From assembly GCF_006345805.1 (NCBI RefSeq), contig NC_043001.1:88040001-88104000 (forward strand): a stretch of 64,000 nt of DNA. Reading direction: 5' to 3'. This document shows, piece by piece, positions 24,766 through 36,640 of the stretch. The stretch is from Octopus sinensis (lineage: Eukaryota). The position numbers were made by a program, and so were the translations under genes. The notes below the pieces were generated by a model, which saw only the letters and a program-made list of their open reading frames with translations, did no database searches and had not been told where the DNA came from. Each line of letters starts with the position of its first letter. Position 1 is the stretch's first letter.

Positions 24766-26619
24766 TGAGGGGAAGTCAAAAATTATCTGCACTTTGGTGA
24801 AAACTTTCACTAGAAGGGTCACAGTGCCTTCAGTGCTCACAAGCTACAAGGTGATACTCTTGTGATTATGTAACCAAGGTTTGATCTTGATTGCTGCAGT
24901 TTTCTCTTTTTGTGTTACATGGCCACTCCACTGCCAGTCTGCACCAAAGAAGAACAGAGGTCAGTGATCCAATTTCTCTGTTCTGAAGTTATGATGGAGG
25001 ATGAAATTCATTGTCATGCAACAACAAAACTTGCTTTGACAATAGATCTCAGTGTTTGGTGCAAATTGCTGGCTTCAGTTTGTTGGCCAGCATTTCACTG
25101 TAGTATACACTGGTGACTATAGATCCCTTTTCCTGGTAGTGTTCCAGGCCCTTTTGTGTCCTCAAAATGGTTAGTATCACTTTTTTTTTTTATAGAAGAT
25201 TGAGTCTTGAATTTCATTTTCATTGGTGATTCCTGATGTTTGAACTCTATACTCTGCCTTTTGGATTCTGGTTTAGAGTGATGGGCCCAGATCTCATATC
25301 CTGTGACTATTCTGTCCCCGAAAAAGCTTAGCCTTCATTGTTGTAGTGGTTAAGTAAGTATTAACAGATCATACTTATGCACTTTAGTTAGCTCTCTTGG
25401 CACCCATCTTGCACAGATTTTTTATGAGCAAAGCTTGTCATAGATGATTTCATATGCAGAACCAAGACTAGTTTGCAGAAAACATGCCACCTCGTTGATG
25501 TCACTCATTGAACTTATTGAACTTTCATGTCACTGGTGGAGGTTTATGGATGTTATGTTCTCTCTTTGTGCTTCACGCTTGTCCAACCATAAAAAAATTT
25601 TTAGTCCAGTCATACACACGCTTTTCTGTAGCACTGTCCCCATATTGTGTGTATGACTGGACTAAAAATTTTTTTATGGTTGGACAAGCGTGAAGCACAA
25701 AGAGAGAACATAACATCCATAAACCTCCACCAGTGACATGAAAGTTCAATAAGTTCAATGAGTGACATCAACGAGGTGGCATGTTTTCTGCAAACTAGTC
25801 TTGGTTCTGCATATGAAATCATCTATGACAAGCTTTGCTCATAAAAAATCTGTGCAAGATGGGTGCCAAGAGAGCTAACTAAAGTGCATAAGTATGATCT
25901 GTTAATACTTACTTAACCACTACAACAATGAAGGCTAAGCTTTTTCGGGGACAGAATAGTCACAGGATATGAGATCTGGGCCCATCACTCTAAACCAGAA
26001 TCCAAAAGGCAGAGTATAGAGTTCAAACATCAGGAATCACCAGTGAAAATGAAATTCAAGACTCAATCTTCTATAAAAAAAAAAGCGATACTAACCATTT
26101 TGAGGACACAAAAGGGCCTGGAACACTACCAGGAAAAGGGGTCTATAGTCACCAGTGTATACTACAGTGAAATGCTGGCCAACAAACTGAAGCCAGCAAT
26201 TTGCACCAAACACTGAGATCTATTGTCAAAGCAAGTTTTGTTGTTGCATGACAATGCACATCCACACACAGACACCCACATTGTTGAAACCATTAATAAG
26301 TTGGATTCTGAGTTGCTGGATCACCCTACATATCTCACCTCTTCCAACTGTCACCTCTTTGGACAGCTCAAACCTCCTTTACGAGGTTGTTGATTTTGTT
26401 ATGGACAAAAATGCACAGGAAGCATTACATAAATGACTGTGTAACCAGCTGGAAACATTCTTCTCCTATAGAATAAAAAAGTTTGTGGAGCACTGGAAGA
26501 AATGCATCAAAAAGCAAGGAAAGTTTGCTGAAATGTTATGTAATTATTCAACGTCTATTTTTATTTTAATAAGTTACAGAAACAAAAGTGTGGTGTATAT
26601 AATTTTTTATTTACCCTTC
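24766..26619 (+). mobile_element. Degenerate mariner transposon with internal inverted duplication
   Basis: TA-flanked TIR tgaggggaagtcaaaaattatctgcact and a decayed right TIR; transposase motifs CTKEEQRSVIQFL, VYDW, WVPRELT, HDNA.PH, RW.KCI. Confidence 0.85.
25009..26256. repeat. ~610-bp inverted repeat (25009-25619 / 25647-26256) with 27-bp spacer
   Basis: Arms are reverse complements; I saw about 3 substitutions. Confidence 0.95.
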
Positions 26620-27223
26620 TACAAAGTAGATGATCGAATAAAGAGAAAAGTGTGAGAAAAAGAGGGAAAACCAGAGAAACATTAAAATGAGAGACAACAC
26701 TAGGTAAATCAGTGTTTCAGTGACATTGAACAGGTGATGCCAAAATGATTTTGCCAAAACGTCTCATACCCACCCAAGGCTATGGTAAAAGACATTTGTC
26801 CAAGATGCCAAAAAAAATGGAATTGAATCTGGTAAATTATAATTGCAAAGGAAACTTTTTAGCTATCTGACTATTCCATGTCCACCTTTGTATGATACCT
26901 ACTTACAGCAATGTGAACTGGACTATTAACAGTTAAGTGTTTGGGCTATGGATAGCCAAGTGCTCAGTCCCACAACATGGCATCTTAGGCATGTTTTATC
27001 TTCTATAGCCCCAGGCTAATCTAAGATAAGAACAGCTCTTGAATATGCAAAATATACAGTATATATGGTTTTATAATGACCATAAGAACAAAGCAGGTAA
27101 CATTTTGAGTTACCTGTTTAGATCTGAAACTTTTGCTGCAAAATTTGAGGAATTAGAATTTTTTTTTTTTCAATTTTCTTTCCTCAAAAACTTACTGCTT
27201 AGTGCCCATTATATATATATATA

Positions 27224-27500
27224 TAAAGTGATGGTTTGTTGCCAACTTAATGTGGCAGTCCCAGGAAAGAGAAGAATGCTACTGCTATTTAGCCCCAGGA
27301 AACACCGTTTCCAGTTGGCTATGTGACGCAAGCATACTGTGTCTTTATGGTTTCAAACAGGGGAGATAAGCACCTCCACCCAGCAAAGCCAGCATTCAGA
27401 GACTAGTTTCAGAGTCATTGCTCTTCATCAGTCTGGAGTAGCGTGGCTTGCTAGATGATTTCTTTTATTGAGCACTCAGCCTCGATTAAGGGGGGACAAT
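27224..27500 (-). mobile_element. Penelope-like pseudo-LTR with hammerhead (mirror ~56780-57055 +)
   Basis: aataaa, canonical HHR, then ~170-bp 3' segment ending at (TA)n; second copy of the repeat at 29269-29662. Confidence 0.7.
27397..27435 (-). ncRNA. Minimal type I hammerhead ribozyme (canonical core)
   Basis: Mirror of 56845-56883. Confidence 0.85.
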
Positions 27501-27686
27501 ACAGCAAAGTGGGATACATACAACATATAACAAACGAATGAAATTTATGAATTATAATGAAGAAAATGAAAGATGAAATGTCTTACCTGCTCCCCATTTG
27601 CAGGCAGTGTCATTTAACTGTTTATGAATAATGTTTAAAAAATAGTTCTTTTTTTACCTTTTTGTATCTTTTTTTAAAAGTCAGTA

Positions 27687-29067
27687 TTAATTTTTAAAAT
27701 TTTTACTCACTTCCTTTTTTTTTCCCACTAGATACTGTGTCAATTCCTCAAATTCCACCACTGGTGGCAATTCATCAAATTGAACTTGTATTGGTGTTAC
27801 CTCTATTTTATCTCCAAATTGTTCTTTTAATTTCTCGCCTCTTGCTCTATCAAGCAAGATTGCTTTGAAGTTTTCATTGAACTCTTTTGACGGTATTTTT
27901 ACCCTAATTGCATATTTCATCTTTGTAATCCTCTTCTAAATCTTAACACTTTTTTTATATTCTATCATATTCCATATATGTTTCCCCTCCTGTAATCCTT
28001 CCTGTTTTCCATTATTGGTCTCCTCCTATGTTACTGGTATTAGTACCTCATTCTTTTCTGTAGCTTTTTCAATCGATACTACAGGCATCTCCCGTCTTTC
28101 TTTCTTTCACTTCTGCAACTTCACTTTCTCCTCTGGTTTCCCTTGGCATTGCTGGTCTCTCACACTGAGCCTCCTCTACATTTTCTGTTCTCTTCTTTAG
28201 CAGACTTTTTGGTGGTGAGTCCACATTTCCTTCTCTCCTCTTCTTCTTTCTCTTCACCACCATAAACTGCTCTTCCACATTTTCTGTATTCTTTTCACAT
28301 CCTGTGTTTTGCTCTTCAACGATTTGTTCCTTCACTTTGCCCTGCTGCTCCTGTTCGTGTTTCTGGGGACTCTTGCCTTCATGTGTCCTCGTACTCCACA
28401 CTGGTAGCATATTGGAGGTCTTCCCTCCACCACCACACTTAATCTCACTTCCTCAGCTAATACTACCTCCTCTGCAATTTTGTGCAAATCCTGCAAACTG
28501 ACCTGGACAGCCACCTTGAGGCCGTATCCCCAGCAGTTTACCTCAGTCATTCTTGTTACTTCTAATACTTTAACTTCTTCTTCCATATAGAGGATGGCTG
28601 CCACCAGCCAAGTCTCATCAATCTCCGGGGGTACTCTGCCAATCCTTACTCTGGCTACATGTTTACCACAGTAAGTAGGCAGTAGTACCCACTCTGATGA
28701 CCTTAACGCCACAGTGGGCTGGTTTATCACCTCCTGTTCATTCATAAACCTAACCTCTACTGTGCTGTACTTTTTCTCTCTGGTATAGAAAGTCGTGAGG
28801 CTTTTTATCTCCTTCAGACACTCTTCCAATGCTTCCACAGTAGCTATTTCAATTTTTTTCATTGCCGTGGACAGTCCACTTGATTACATTCACTGTGACA
28901 TCTTGTGGCGGGATCAACCTCAGGCTGGTACCGCCCTTCTCAATAAGTTTGTTGAACTGCTTCAACTTCTTATCTTCCAATTTCACCTCTCAAACCTGTA
29001 CAACGTCTGCAGTTGAGCTTCTTCCAGTTGCTGCAGCATATCTGCCATCTGGTTCACTTTCCATCAT
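27687..29067 (-). pseudogene. gag-like/ORF1 nucleic-acid-binding protein remnant with zinc knuckle
   Basis: Frameshifted pieces MMESEPDGRYAAA..., ORF 28332-28862 ending VEGRPPICYQCGVRGHMKA (CX2CX4H), E/K-rich 28069-28410 and 27687-27920; no RT or endonuclease follows. Confidence 0.7.
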
Positions 29068-29268
29068 TTTTTTCTTGCCACTTCACCCATAAATGGAGAA
29101 GAAAACAAAATATAACAGGCAAAAACAACAGCAATGAACAATTCAATAATCCAACAATTAGGTTCACCCTTATGGAAGACCTTCAACAATAATCAACAAT
29201 GTGACTCACAGGGATCAAAAATGATTAAATCAAACAGCAAAAATCAACATGAATTCACTGATCTACAA

Positions 29269-29662
29269 AATTAGAAATATTACATTTCTAAATCTCTCAG
29301 AGAGACTTATACACTAGCATCATGAAAAAGTGAGGGTTTATTGTCAACTTAATGTAGCAGTGCCAGGAAAGGAAGAATGCTACTGTTATTTAGCCCCAGG
29401 AGACACCGTTTCCAGTTGGCTAACTAGTCTCTGAATGCTGGCTTTGCTGGGTGGAGGTGTTTATCTCCCCTGTTTGAAAACATATGGACACAGTACTCTT
29501 GTGTCACATAGCCAACTGGAAACGGTGTTTCCTGGGGCTAAATAGCAGTAGCATTCTTCCCTTTCCTGTGAGTTCCACATTAAGTTGGCAACAAACATCA
29601 CTTTATCATGCTGCTACTGTATAAGTCTTTATGAGAAATTTAGAAATGCAATATTTCTAATT
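29269..29662. mobile_element. Head-to-head inverted pair of the 27224 pseudo-LTR family (mirror 54623-55015)
   Basis: Arms 29269-29422 and 29509-29662 are reverse complements (roughly 10% diverged); spacer starts at the HHR stem III sequence actagtc. Confidence 0.75.
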
Positions 29663-30097
29663 ACACACACACACACATATATATGTATATATATATATAC
29701 ATATGTACATATATACATATATATATATATATGTGTATGTATGTATGTGTGCATGCATGTATGTATATGTGTGTGCATATGTACATTTAGGTACTTGTGT
29801 GTGCATGATTGTGTGTGTGTGTTAGTTTTTTCTTATCACATGGGGGTTGTAAACAAGTATCATTATCACAAGCAGCATTCTTCATTTCGAATCTTCTGTG
29901 AAAAACATTTCTGGCCAAACGGAGATATTACCTTACTTGGAAACAGATGAGGGTTGGCAAGAGGAAGAGCATCTGGACATAGAAATCCACTTCCATGAAT
30001 TCCATCCAATCTATGCAAATATGGAAAAGTAGATGTTAAAACAATAATGATGATGAGAATGATGATAATGATATATGTGTGTATATGTATGCATGCA

Positions 30098-30520
30098 TAG
30101 GCGTAGGAGTGGCTGTGTGGTAAGTAGCTTGCTTACCAACCACATGGTTCTGGATTCAGTCCTACTGCATGGCACCTTGGGCAAGTATCTTCTACTATAG
30201 CCTCGGGCTGACCAAAGCCTTGTGAGTGGATTTGGTTGACGGAAACTGAAAGAAGCCCATTGTATATATATATATATGTATGTGTATATATATATATATT
30301 TATGCATGTGTATATGTTTGTGTGTCTCTGTCCCCCTAACATCGCTTGACAACTGATGGTGGTGTGTTTATGTCCCCATCATTTAGCGGTTCGGCAAAAG
30401 AAACCGATAGAATAAGTACTAGGCTTACAAAAAATAAGTCCTGGGGTCGATTTGCTCGACTAAAGGCGGTGCTCCAGCATGGCCACAGTCAAAAGACTGA
30501 AACAAGTAAAACAGTAAAAG
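30098..30520 (+). mobile_element. SINE family A (mirror ~53760-54180 -)
   Basis: Close match to the family A consensus. Confidence 0.88.
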
Positions 30521-30570
30521 AGTATATGCATGGATGTGTGTCTATGCATGTGTGTATATGAATGGGTTTT

Positions 30571-30880
30571 GAAGGCGCATGGCTTAGTGGTTAGGGTGTT
30601 GCACTCACATTTGCGAGATCATGGGTTCAATTCCCAGACCAGGTGTTACATTGTGTTCTTGAGCAAAGTACTTCATTTCACATTGCTCTGAGATCATTTC
30701 GACATCTGACATGTGGCACCCATTGCACCTGTGCAGGTAATGTCGATCTGATGGAGGGAATGAGCTTATGTCTACACAAACATTTGATCACAATAAACAA
30801 ATCATCTGAGTGGTTGTTCGGTAAGAAATTACCAAACCCTCATACGTCGTCTAACGATGGGAGAGTCCATCATACGAAAT
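30571..30880 (+). mobile_element. tRNA-headed SINE-like element, distinct family (mirror ~53400-53710)
   Basis: ggcgcatggcttagtggttagggtg...gggttcaattccc head followed by gtgttcttgagcaaagtactt. Confidence 0.6.
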
Positions 30881-31387
30881 AGGTATGCATGCACACACAC
30901 ACAGAGTATTTTTTAACATATTTGAGTCTGTGTATGTGTGTGTAAGTGTATGTGCTTGAATCCTGACATTGCTTATCAACCCATGCCAGCATGGAAAAAG
31001 TAGACATAAAAAGGACAACAATGATGATGAGAATGCTGATAATGATGAATGTTGAAGATGACAGCAACAACAACCTCAATGAAAATGAAATATAACATGA
31101 ACAATATTAAACATTGAAATCACATAAATTTGTAGTCTTGAGTTCATTAATAATTTTGGAGTAATAGTTCCATTATTGATGTTTTAGCCGAACTCTTGGA
31201 TAAATTCTATTGGCTTTTATTTGAGAATTATTTTATAATTCAATTCCAAGATTTAATGGAATTTAGAGTAATGGCTTGATACCGTATCATGAGAGTTTAA
31301 CTCTAGGGAGAAATAAACTATGTTTTAAGTAACTTCAAGTTGACATCATGTGACTATTTCTAATCATTATGTTATTTTTTATTTTGT

Positions 31388-31465
<78 letters not shown>

Positions 31466-33644
31466 CTTTTAAAATAAAAGCAAAAGCTTTTAGGAAGTGG
31501 ACTTGAATCCATATTAAAAAAAATTACTCTGTAAAGTTCTTTCCTTTGTCTGTATGATATATTCTTTATAAAGGTGATAAATATTAGCAGGGGAATTAAA
31601 GATAATGCTAATCACCCACTGCCACCTCTACTATCACCACCACCTCATGTGAGAGTTGAAAGGGAACTCAGTTCCTCTTCAACTACCACTATAGTTCTCA
31701 GTACTCTCACCTACGTCTCCAAGTAGCTATTTACATGTAACAGCAGCCACACCTCCAATAAACTGCTTTGACTGGGTGGCTAAACCAGATGAGGGTAGTT
31801 AACAAGTATGCAATTCTTGATGAGTTAGAGCATGACTATGAGTTAGATGAGTTAGAGCATGCATGGCTATGCATGTGAAACTGAATCTGGTGGATACTGC
31901 AAAAGAAACCTTCAAGGCTCAATAGAAAGGAAGGCAGCTGGAGCAATGAAATGCGGGGTGCAGAGAGCAAGATATGACAAGTAAGACACCTTGGTCGTCC
32001 ACTGCATCCATCTCCATCCCTAGATGCCTTGACCTTGTTTTTCTATCGTACTGGAGATAGTCACAGACAATAGAGTAAGGTTGACAATGTGCAACTCTTC
32101 CTCACTGTACACAAAGTCATTATGTAAGTCAACAGTCATCTCCAAGTTGACTAGATAGTCATCATTACCCTGACAAGCTACATATGACCTCCATCCAGGA
32201 ACACCTATCACATTAATTTTTCCCCCTCCTTCATACCATCTCCGTTGTATTGAATCCATCAGTTTCCACACTAAACATTTCACCAAATCCTTCTTCCCCA
32301 GAATATAACCTTCTGAAATTCTTTCTGTGCACATATTTTCTTCACAGGCTTTAACCTACAGAGTGTCATGTGAAATTTTTACTGCATGATACCACAATCT
32401 GACTAGTCTTGGAGAATCTACCATGGCCTTGGGACTGCAGCACCTTTCTTATTACCTTATAAATGAAAAAAAAAAAGTGTTGAGTATTTAGTTCTTTGTT
32501 ACTGAGAGGCACACTCTAAACGTAAGAGGATTAATATTTAGAAGGTTGTTTGTTATGACCAGTCAGAGAGTGACCATTGGTTTCACACCTATGAAGCACT
32601 TAGCAGTATAGGCAACTTGTCAGGCTCAAATGGGTAGAGGCATGTAACCTCTCTACTGCTTGAGGGAGAAGAACGTCATAGTCAGTTAATTTTGTACACA
32701 AAAAAATAAATTCCAGAACGAAACTCTTCTGGCAAAACCTTTGGTGAGGCGGAGTTATCCCCCATAGATTGATTCCAGTTATCTCTGTGAACCTTCCAAA
32801 GACATCAGAAGGTGGTAGCATTTTCCTAGTTAGAAAATGGGGTATTCCATTTTTGCAACATGAATTTCCTCTGATGAGGCACTGACTAAACATCTCTTTT
32901 TTTGGAGTTTAAAATTGTCCCCAGAACAAATGGGTTTTTCAAGATTTTTGCTCTTTCAGCTAAGTAATATATATAATGTCAGAATAATGTCGACGCTTCT
33001 GATAAGAACCCAATTAGGTTCGAAAATCGATTAAGGTTGTTCATCATTTTTACAGTCTGCAGAGAAATAGCTAAAATTTGCCCTGTTTATAATTATACCA
33101 TATGTGTGTGTGTGTGTGCATACTGAGTTCTAACACCAGGTTATTAATATTGCTATACCTAAGCAAAATATTAAAAGATATATATTTATAGACACATCCC
33201 TGGCCAGCCATGTGTGGTGCCTTAAGTAAGAAGGAACCCCTTGCAAATTTAAGTTGAGGATCATAGAGCAGCTGGGGTCTTATATAAACACGACAATGCA
33301 AGCTTTACATAGCAGAGCTGGTAAGAATTCTTAAAGACTCATTGGACCCGAAATCTCTCTTGAACTCATGACATGAGATCTACAGCTTCTGCCCCCACCT
33401 TTCAAACACTTCATTGATTAGAGCTATAAAAAGTTCTTGCAAACCAGAAAGAGCCTAAGGGCAGAGATTCCCTATCCACCTTTTATGTCTATAAGATTTG
33501 CTATCTGGACCAGTCTTGTTTAAAACTCAGAGTATATTATTCTTTTGTTTACAAATTAACTGACTGTAATGGTCACTCTATGACCGGAGTTCTATTTAAC
33601 TGCATGTAAATATATAAGTGTATATGTATGTATATATATATCAT

Positions 33645-34435
33645 CATCATCATCATCATCATCATCATTTAGCGTCCGCTTTCCATGCTAGCATGGGTTG
33701 GACGGGTCAACTGGGGTCTGTGAAGCTGGAAGGCTTCGTCAGGCCCAGTCAGATCTGGCAGTGTTTCTACGGCTGGATGCCCTTCCTAACGCCAACCACT
33801 CTGCGAGTGTAGTGGGTGTTTTTTACGTGCCACCTGCACAGGTGCCAGACAGAGCTGGCGAACGGCCACGAACGGATGGTGCTTTTACGTGTCACCGGCA
33901 CGGGGCCAGGCGATGCTGGCAACGGACACGAACGGATGGTGCTTTTACGTGCCACCGACACGGGACCAGACAGAGCTGGCAAACGGCCACGAACGGACGG
34001 TGCTTTTACGTGTCACCGGCACGGGGGCCAGCCGAGGCTGGCAACGGACGCGAACGGATGGTGCTTTTACGTGCCACCTGCACAGGTGCTAGACATGGCT
34101 GGCGAACGGCCACGAACGGACGGTGCTTTTACGTGTCACCGGCACGGGGGCCAGCCGAGGCTGGCAACGGACACGAACGGATGGTGCTTTTACATGCCAC
34201 CAACACGGGGCCAGCCAGAGCTGGCAAACGGCCACGAACGGACGGTGCTTTTACGTGTCACCGGCACGGGGCCAGGTGAGGCTGGCAACGAACACGAACG
34301 GATGGTGCTTTTACGTGCCACCGACACAGGGGCCAGGCAGAGCTGGCAAACGGCCACAAGCGAATGGTGCTTTTACGTATCACCGGCACGGGTGCCAGAC
34401 GAGGCTGACAGCGGACACAAACGGATGGGTCACTT
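33645..34435 (-). mobile_element. RTE-type 3' tail with expanded ~60-bp minisatellite (10 units; mirror ~49965-50635 has 8)
   Basis: (CAT)n then tttagcgtccgctttccatgctagc; unit gaacggatggtgcttttacgtg[t/c]cacc alternates A/B. Confidence 0.85.
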
Positions 34436-34529
34436 AACCCCTGCTTTCTGATATATGATTTGATTTTGATTGTTCTGATATATGATTGATATATGATTGT
34501 TCTGATATATGATTGATTTTGATTGTTCT

Positions 34530-34630
<101 letters not shown>

Positions 34631-35106
34631 CATACATATACATATACACACACACATATATTTATGGGTGCAGGTGTAGCTGTGTAATTGAAATGCATGC
34701 TTCACAACCATGTTGTTTCAGGGTCAGTGGTGGGGAAGCAAACTTCTTAACCACAAAGCCATGCATGTACCTGTTATATTTTCTAACCATATATGGAAGT
34801 ACTTTCTTATTTAGTGCTGTAATACAGCATATACAACATATTACACACTGTATGTAACATAGTGTTTGCTACAATGGAATACAGTGTTTTTTACTCCAAT
34901 GTAAAGCACTTTATGGAGACAATCACTAGAATTTTGCTGCCATATTCTGTAGAGTGTTAACTGCCATATTCTTTAGTGTTTAAGTACAACCTTCCATCAT
35001 AGTTTGTTGCCATATTTAATAGTTTATTCACATGTTTGTTATTGATTAGGCACAAATGAATTTGATAGTGAATTTGTGAGTGAAGTTGGAAATTGTGTAG
35101 AAACAC

Positions 35107-35140
<34 letters not shown>

Positions 35141-35302
35141 TTATCGCCATACTAATATGGCATTCTTATAAAAATAAGAATAAAGCTGACCGCTTATTAG
35201 CTCCATGAGGCCATCGCCTTAAGTTAGCTATTTGATACACAAACTGTATCCATATAACCTTTGAACAAGGGAGGTCAGTCGCTCCACACTACTTGGCCGG
35301 CA

Positions 35303-35344
35303 GCTACAGACGCGTTTCGGGGTATTGCCCCTTTTCAATGCAGC
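35303..35344 (-). ncRNA. Type I hammerhead ribozyme variant (U3-A8), copy 1
   Basis: Reverse complement of gctgca-TTGAAAA-gggg-caata-cccc-GAAA-cgcg-TC-tgtagc. Confidence 0.72.
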
Positions 35345-35664
35345 GTAGCCAAACCAGTAGGTGTCGCTTCCGACAATCTCTGTTCAAAGGTTTTATTTAC
35401 CTAGCTTCAGTGGAATACATCCACTTATTTTCAATAATAGAAATATTAAAATTACTAAGTCTCTCTAAAGAGAACAACGGCAGCGTTCCCGGAAAATATT
35501 AGTTATCGCCATACTAATATGGCATTCTTATAAAAATAAGAATAAAGCTGACCGCTTATTAGCTCCATGAGGCCATCGCCTTAAGTTAGCTATTTGATAC
35601 ACAAACTGTATCCATATAACCTTTGAACAAGGGAGGTCAGTCGCTCCACACTACTTGGCCGGCA

Positions 35665-35706
35665 GCTACAGACGCGTTTCGGGGTATTGCCCCTTTTCAA
35701 TGCAGC
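35665..35706 (-). ncRNA. Type I hammerhead ribozyme variant (U3-A8), copy 2
   Basis: Identical motif 362 bp from copy 1. Confidence 0.72.
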
Positions 35707-36140
35707 GTAGCCAAACCAGTAGGTGTCGCTTCCAACAATCTCTGTTCAAAGGTTTTATTTACCTAGCTTCGGTGGAATACATCCACTTGTTTTCAATAAT
35801 AGAAATATTAAAATTACTAAGTCTCTCTAAAAGAGAACAACGACTGACCTCCCTTGTTCAAAGGTTATATGGATACAGTTTGTGTATCAAATAGCTAACT
35901 TAAGGCGATGGCTTCATGGAGCTAATAAGCGGTCAGCTTTATTCTTATTTTTATAAGAATGCCATATTAGTATGGCGATAACTAATATTTTCCGGGAATG
36001 CTGCCGTTGTTCTCTTTTAGAGAGACTTAGTAATTTTAATATTTCTATTATTGAAAACAAGTGGATGTATTCCACCGAAGCTAGGTAAATAAAACCTTTG
36101 AACAGAGATTGTCGGAAGCGACACCTACTGGTTTGGCTAC

Positions 36141-36182
36141 GCTGCATTGAAAAGGGGCAATACCCCGAAACGCGTCTGTAGC
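36141..36182 (+). ncRNA. Type I hammerhead ribozyme variant (U3-A8), copy 3
   Basis: Stem I gctgca/tgtagc, core TTGAAAA, stem II gggg/cccc, GAAA, palindromic ACGCGT stem III, C17 at 36176. Confidence 0.72.
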
Positions 36183-36434
36183 TGCCGGCCAAGTAGTGTG
36201 GAGCGACTGACCTCCCTTGTTCAAAGGTTATATGGATACAGTTTGTGTATCAAATAGCTAACTTAAGGCGATGGCCTCATAGAGCTAATAAGCGGTCAGC
36301 TTTATTCTTATTTTTATAAGAATGCCATATTAGTATGGCGATAACTAATATTTTCCGGGAACGCTGCCGTTGTTCTCTTTTAGAGAGACTTAGTAATTTT
36401 AATATTTCTATTATATATATATATATATATATAA

Positions 36435-36640
36435 TGTGACCGTGTGTGTATTGTTGGTGATTTTCTTTCTCCGTCTTCCCTTCTTTGGACTTTTTCTTTT
36501 TTTCTATATTTCTGACGAAGAGTTTCACTCGAAACATGAAATCCTCCTTCTTTCTTTCCTTTCCTGAGCGTCCAATAACACTATATTTATTCCACGTCCT
36601 CGCATTGTTGTGTTTTCTCTTTGTTCATGTTTTGATTAGC
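36435..36640 (+). mobile_element. Penelope-like terminal fragment with degenerate hammerhead-like motif
   Basis: attt-CTGACGA-a-gag-tttca-ctc-GAAA-catg-aaat at ~36507-36542; flanked by (TA)n. Confidence 0.4.

Larger units (their letters stand above)
35137..36410. mobile_element. Cluster of a 362-bp hammerhead-bearing repeat: two tandem units plus ~1.5 inverted units, bounded by (TA)n
   Basis: Unit restarts at 35137 and 35499; inversion junction at ~35842 (cg microhomology); reverse copy 35843-36410. Confidence 0.9.

Noticed and set aside
32871-32900. ctgatgaggcactgactaaacatc as another hammerhead
   Set aside because: Stem II does not pair and GAAA is absent
33820-34435. Regularly spaced repeats suggesting a CRISPR array
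   Set aside because: Units are contiguous ~60-bp tandem copies without unique spacers, inside a eukaryotic retroelement tail; no cas genes
35293-36192. Repeated ORF MAGSYRRVSGYCPFSMQ... (four copies including 48738-49121)
   Set aside because: Starts at a non-ATG codon, has variable C-termini at rearrangement junctions, and is antisense to the hammerhead; a by-product of the repeat
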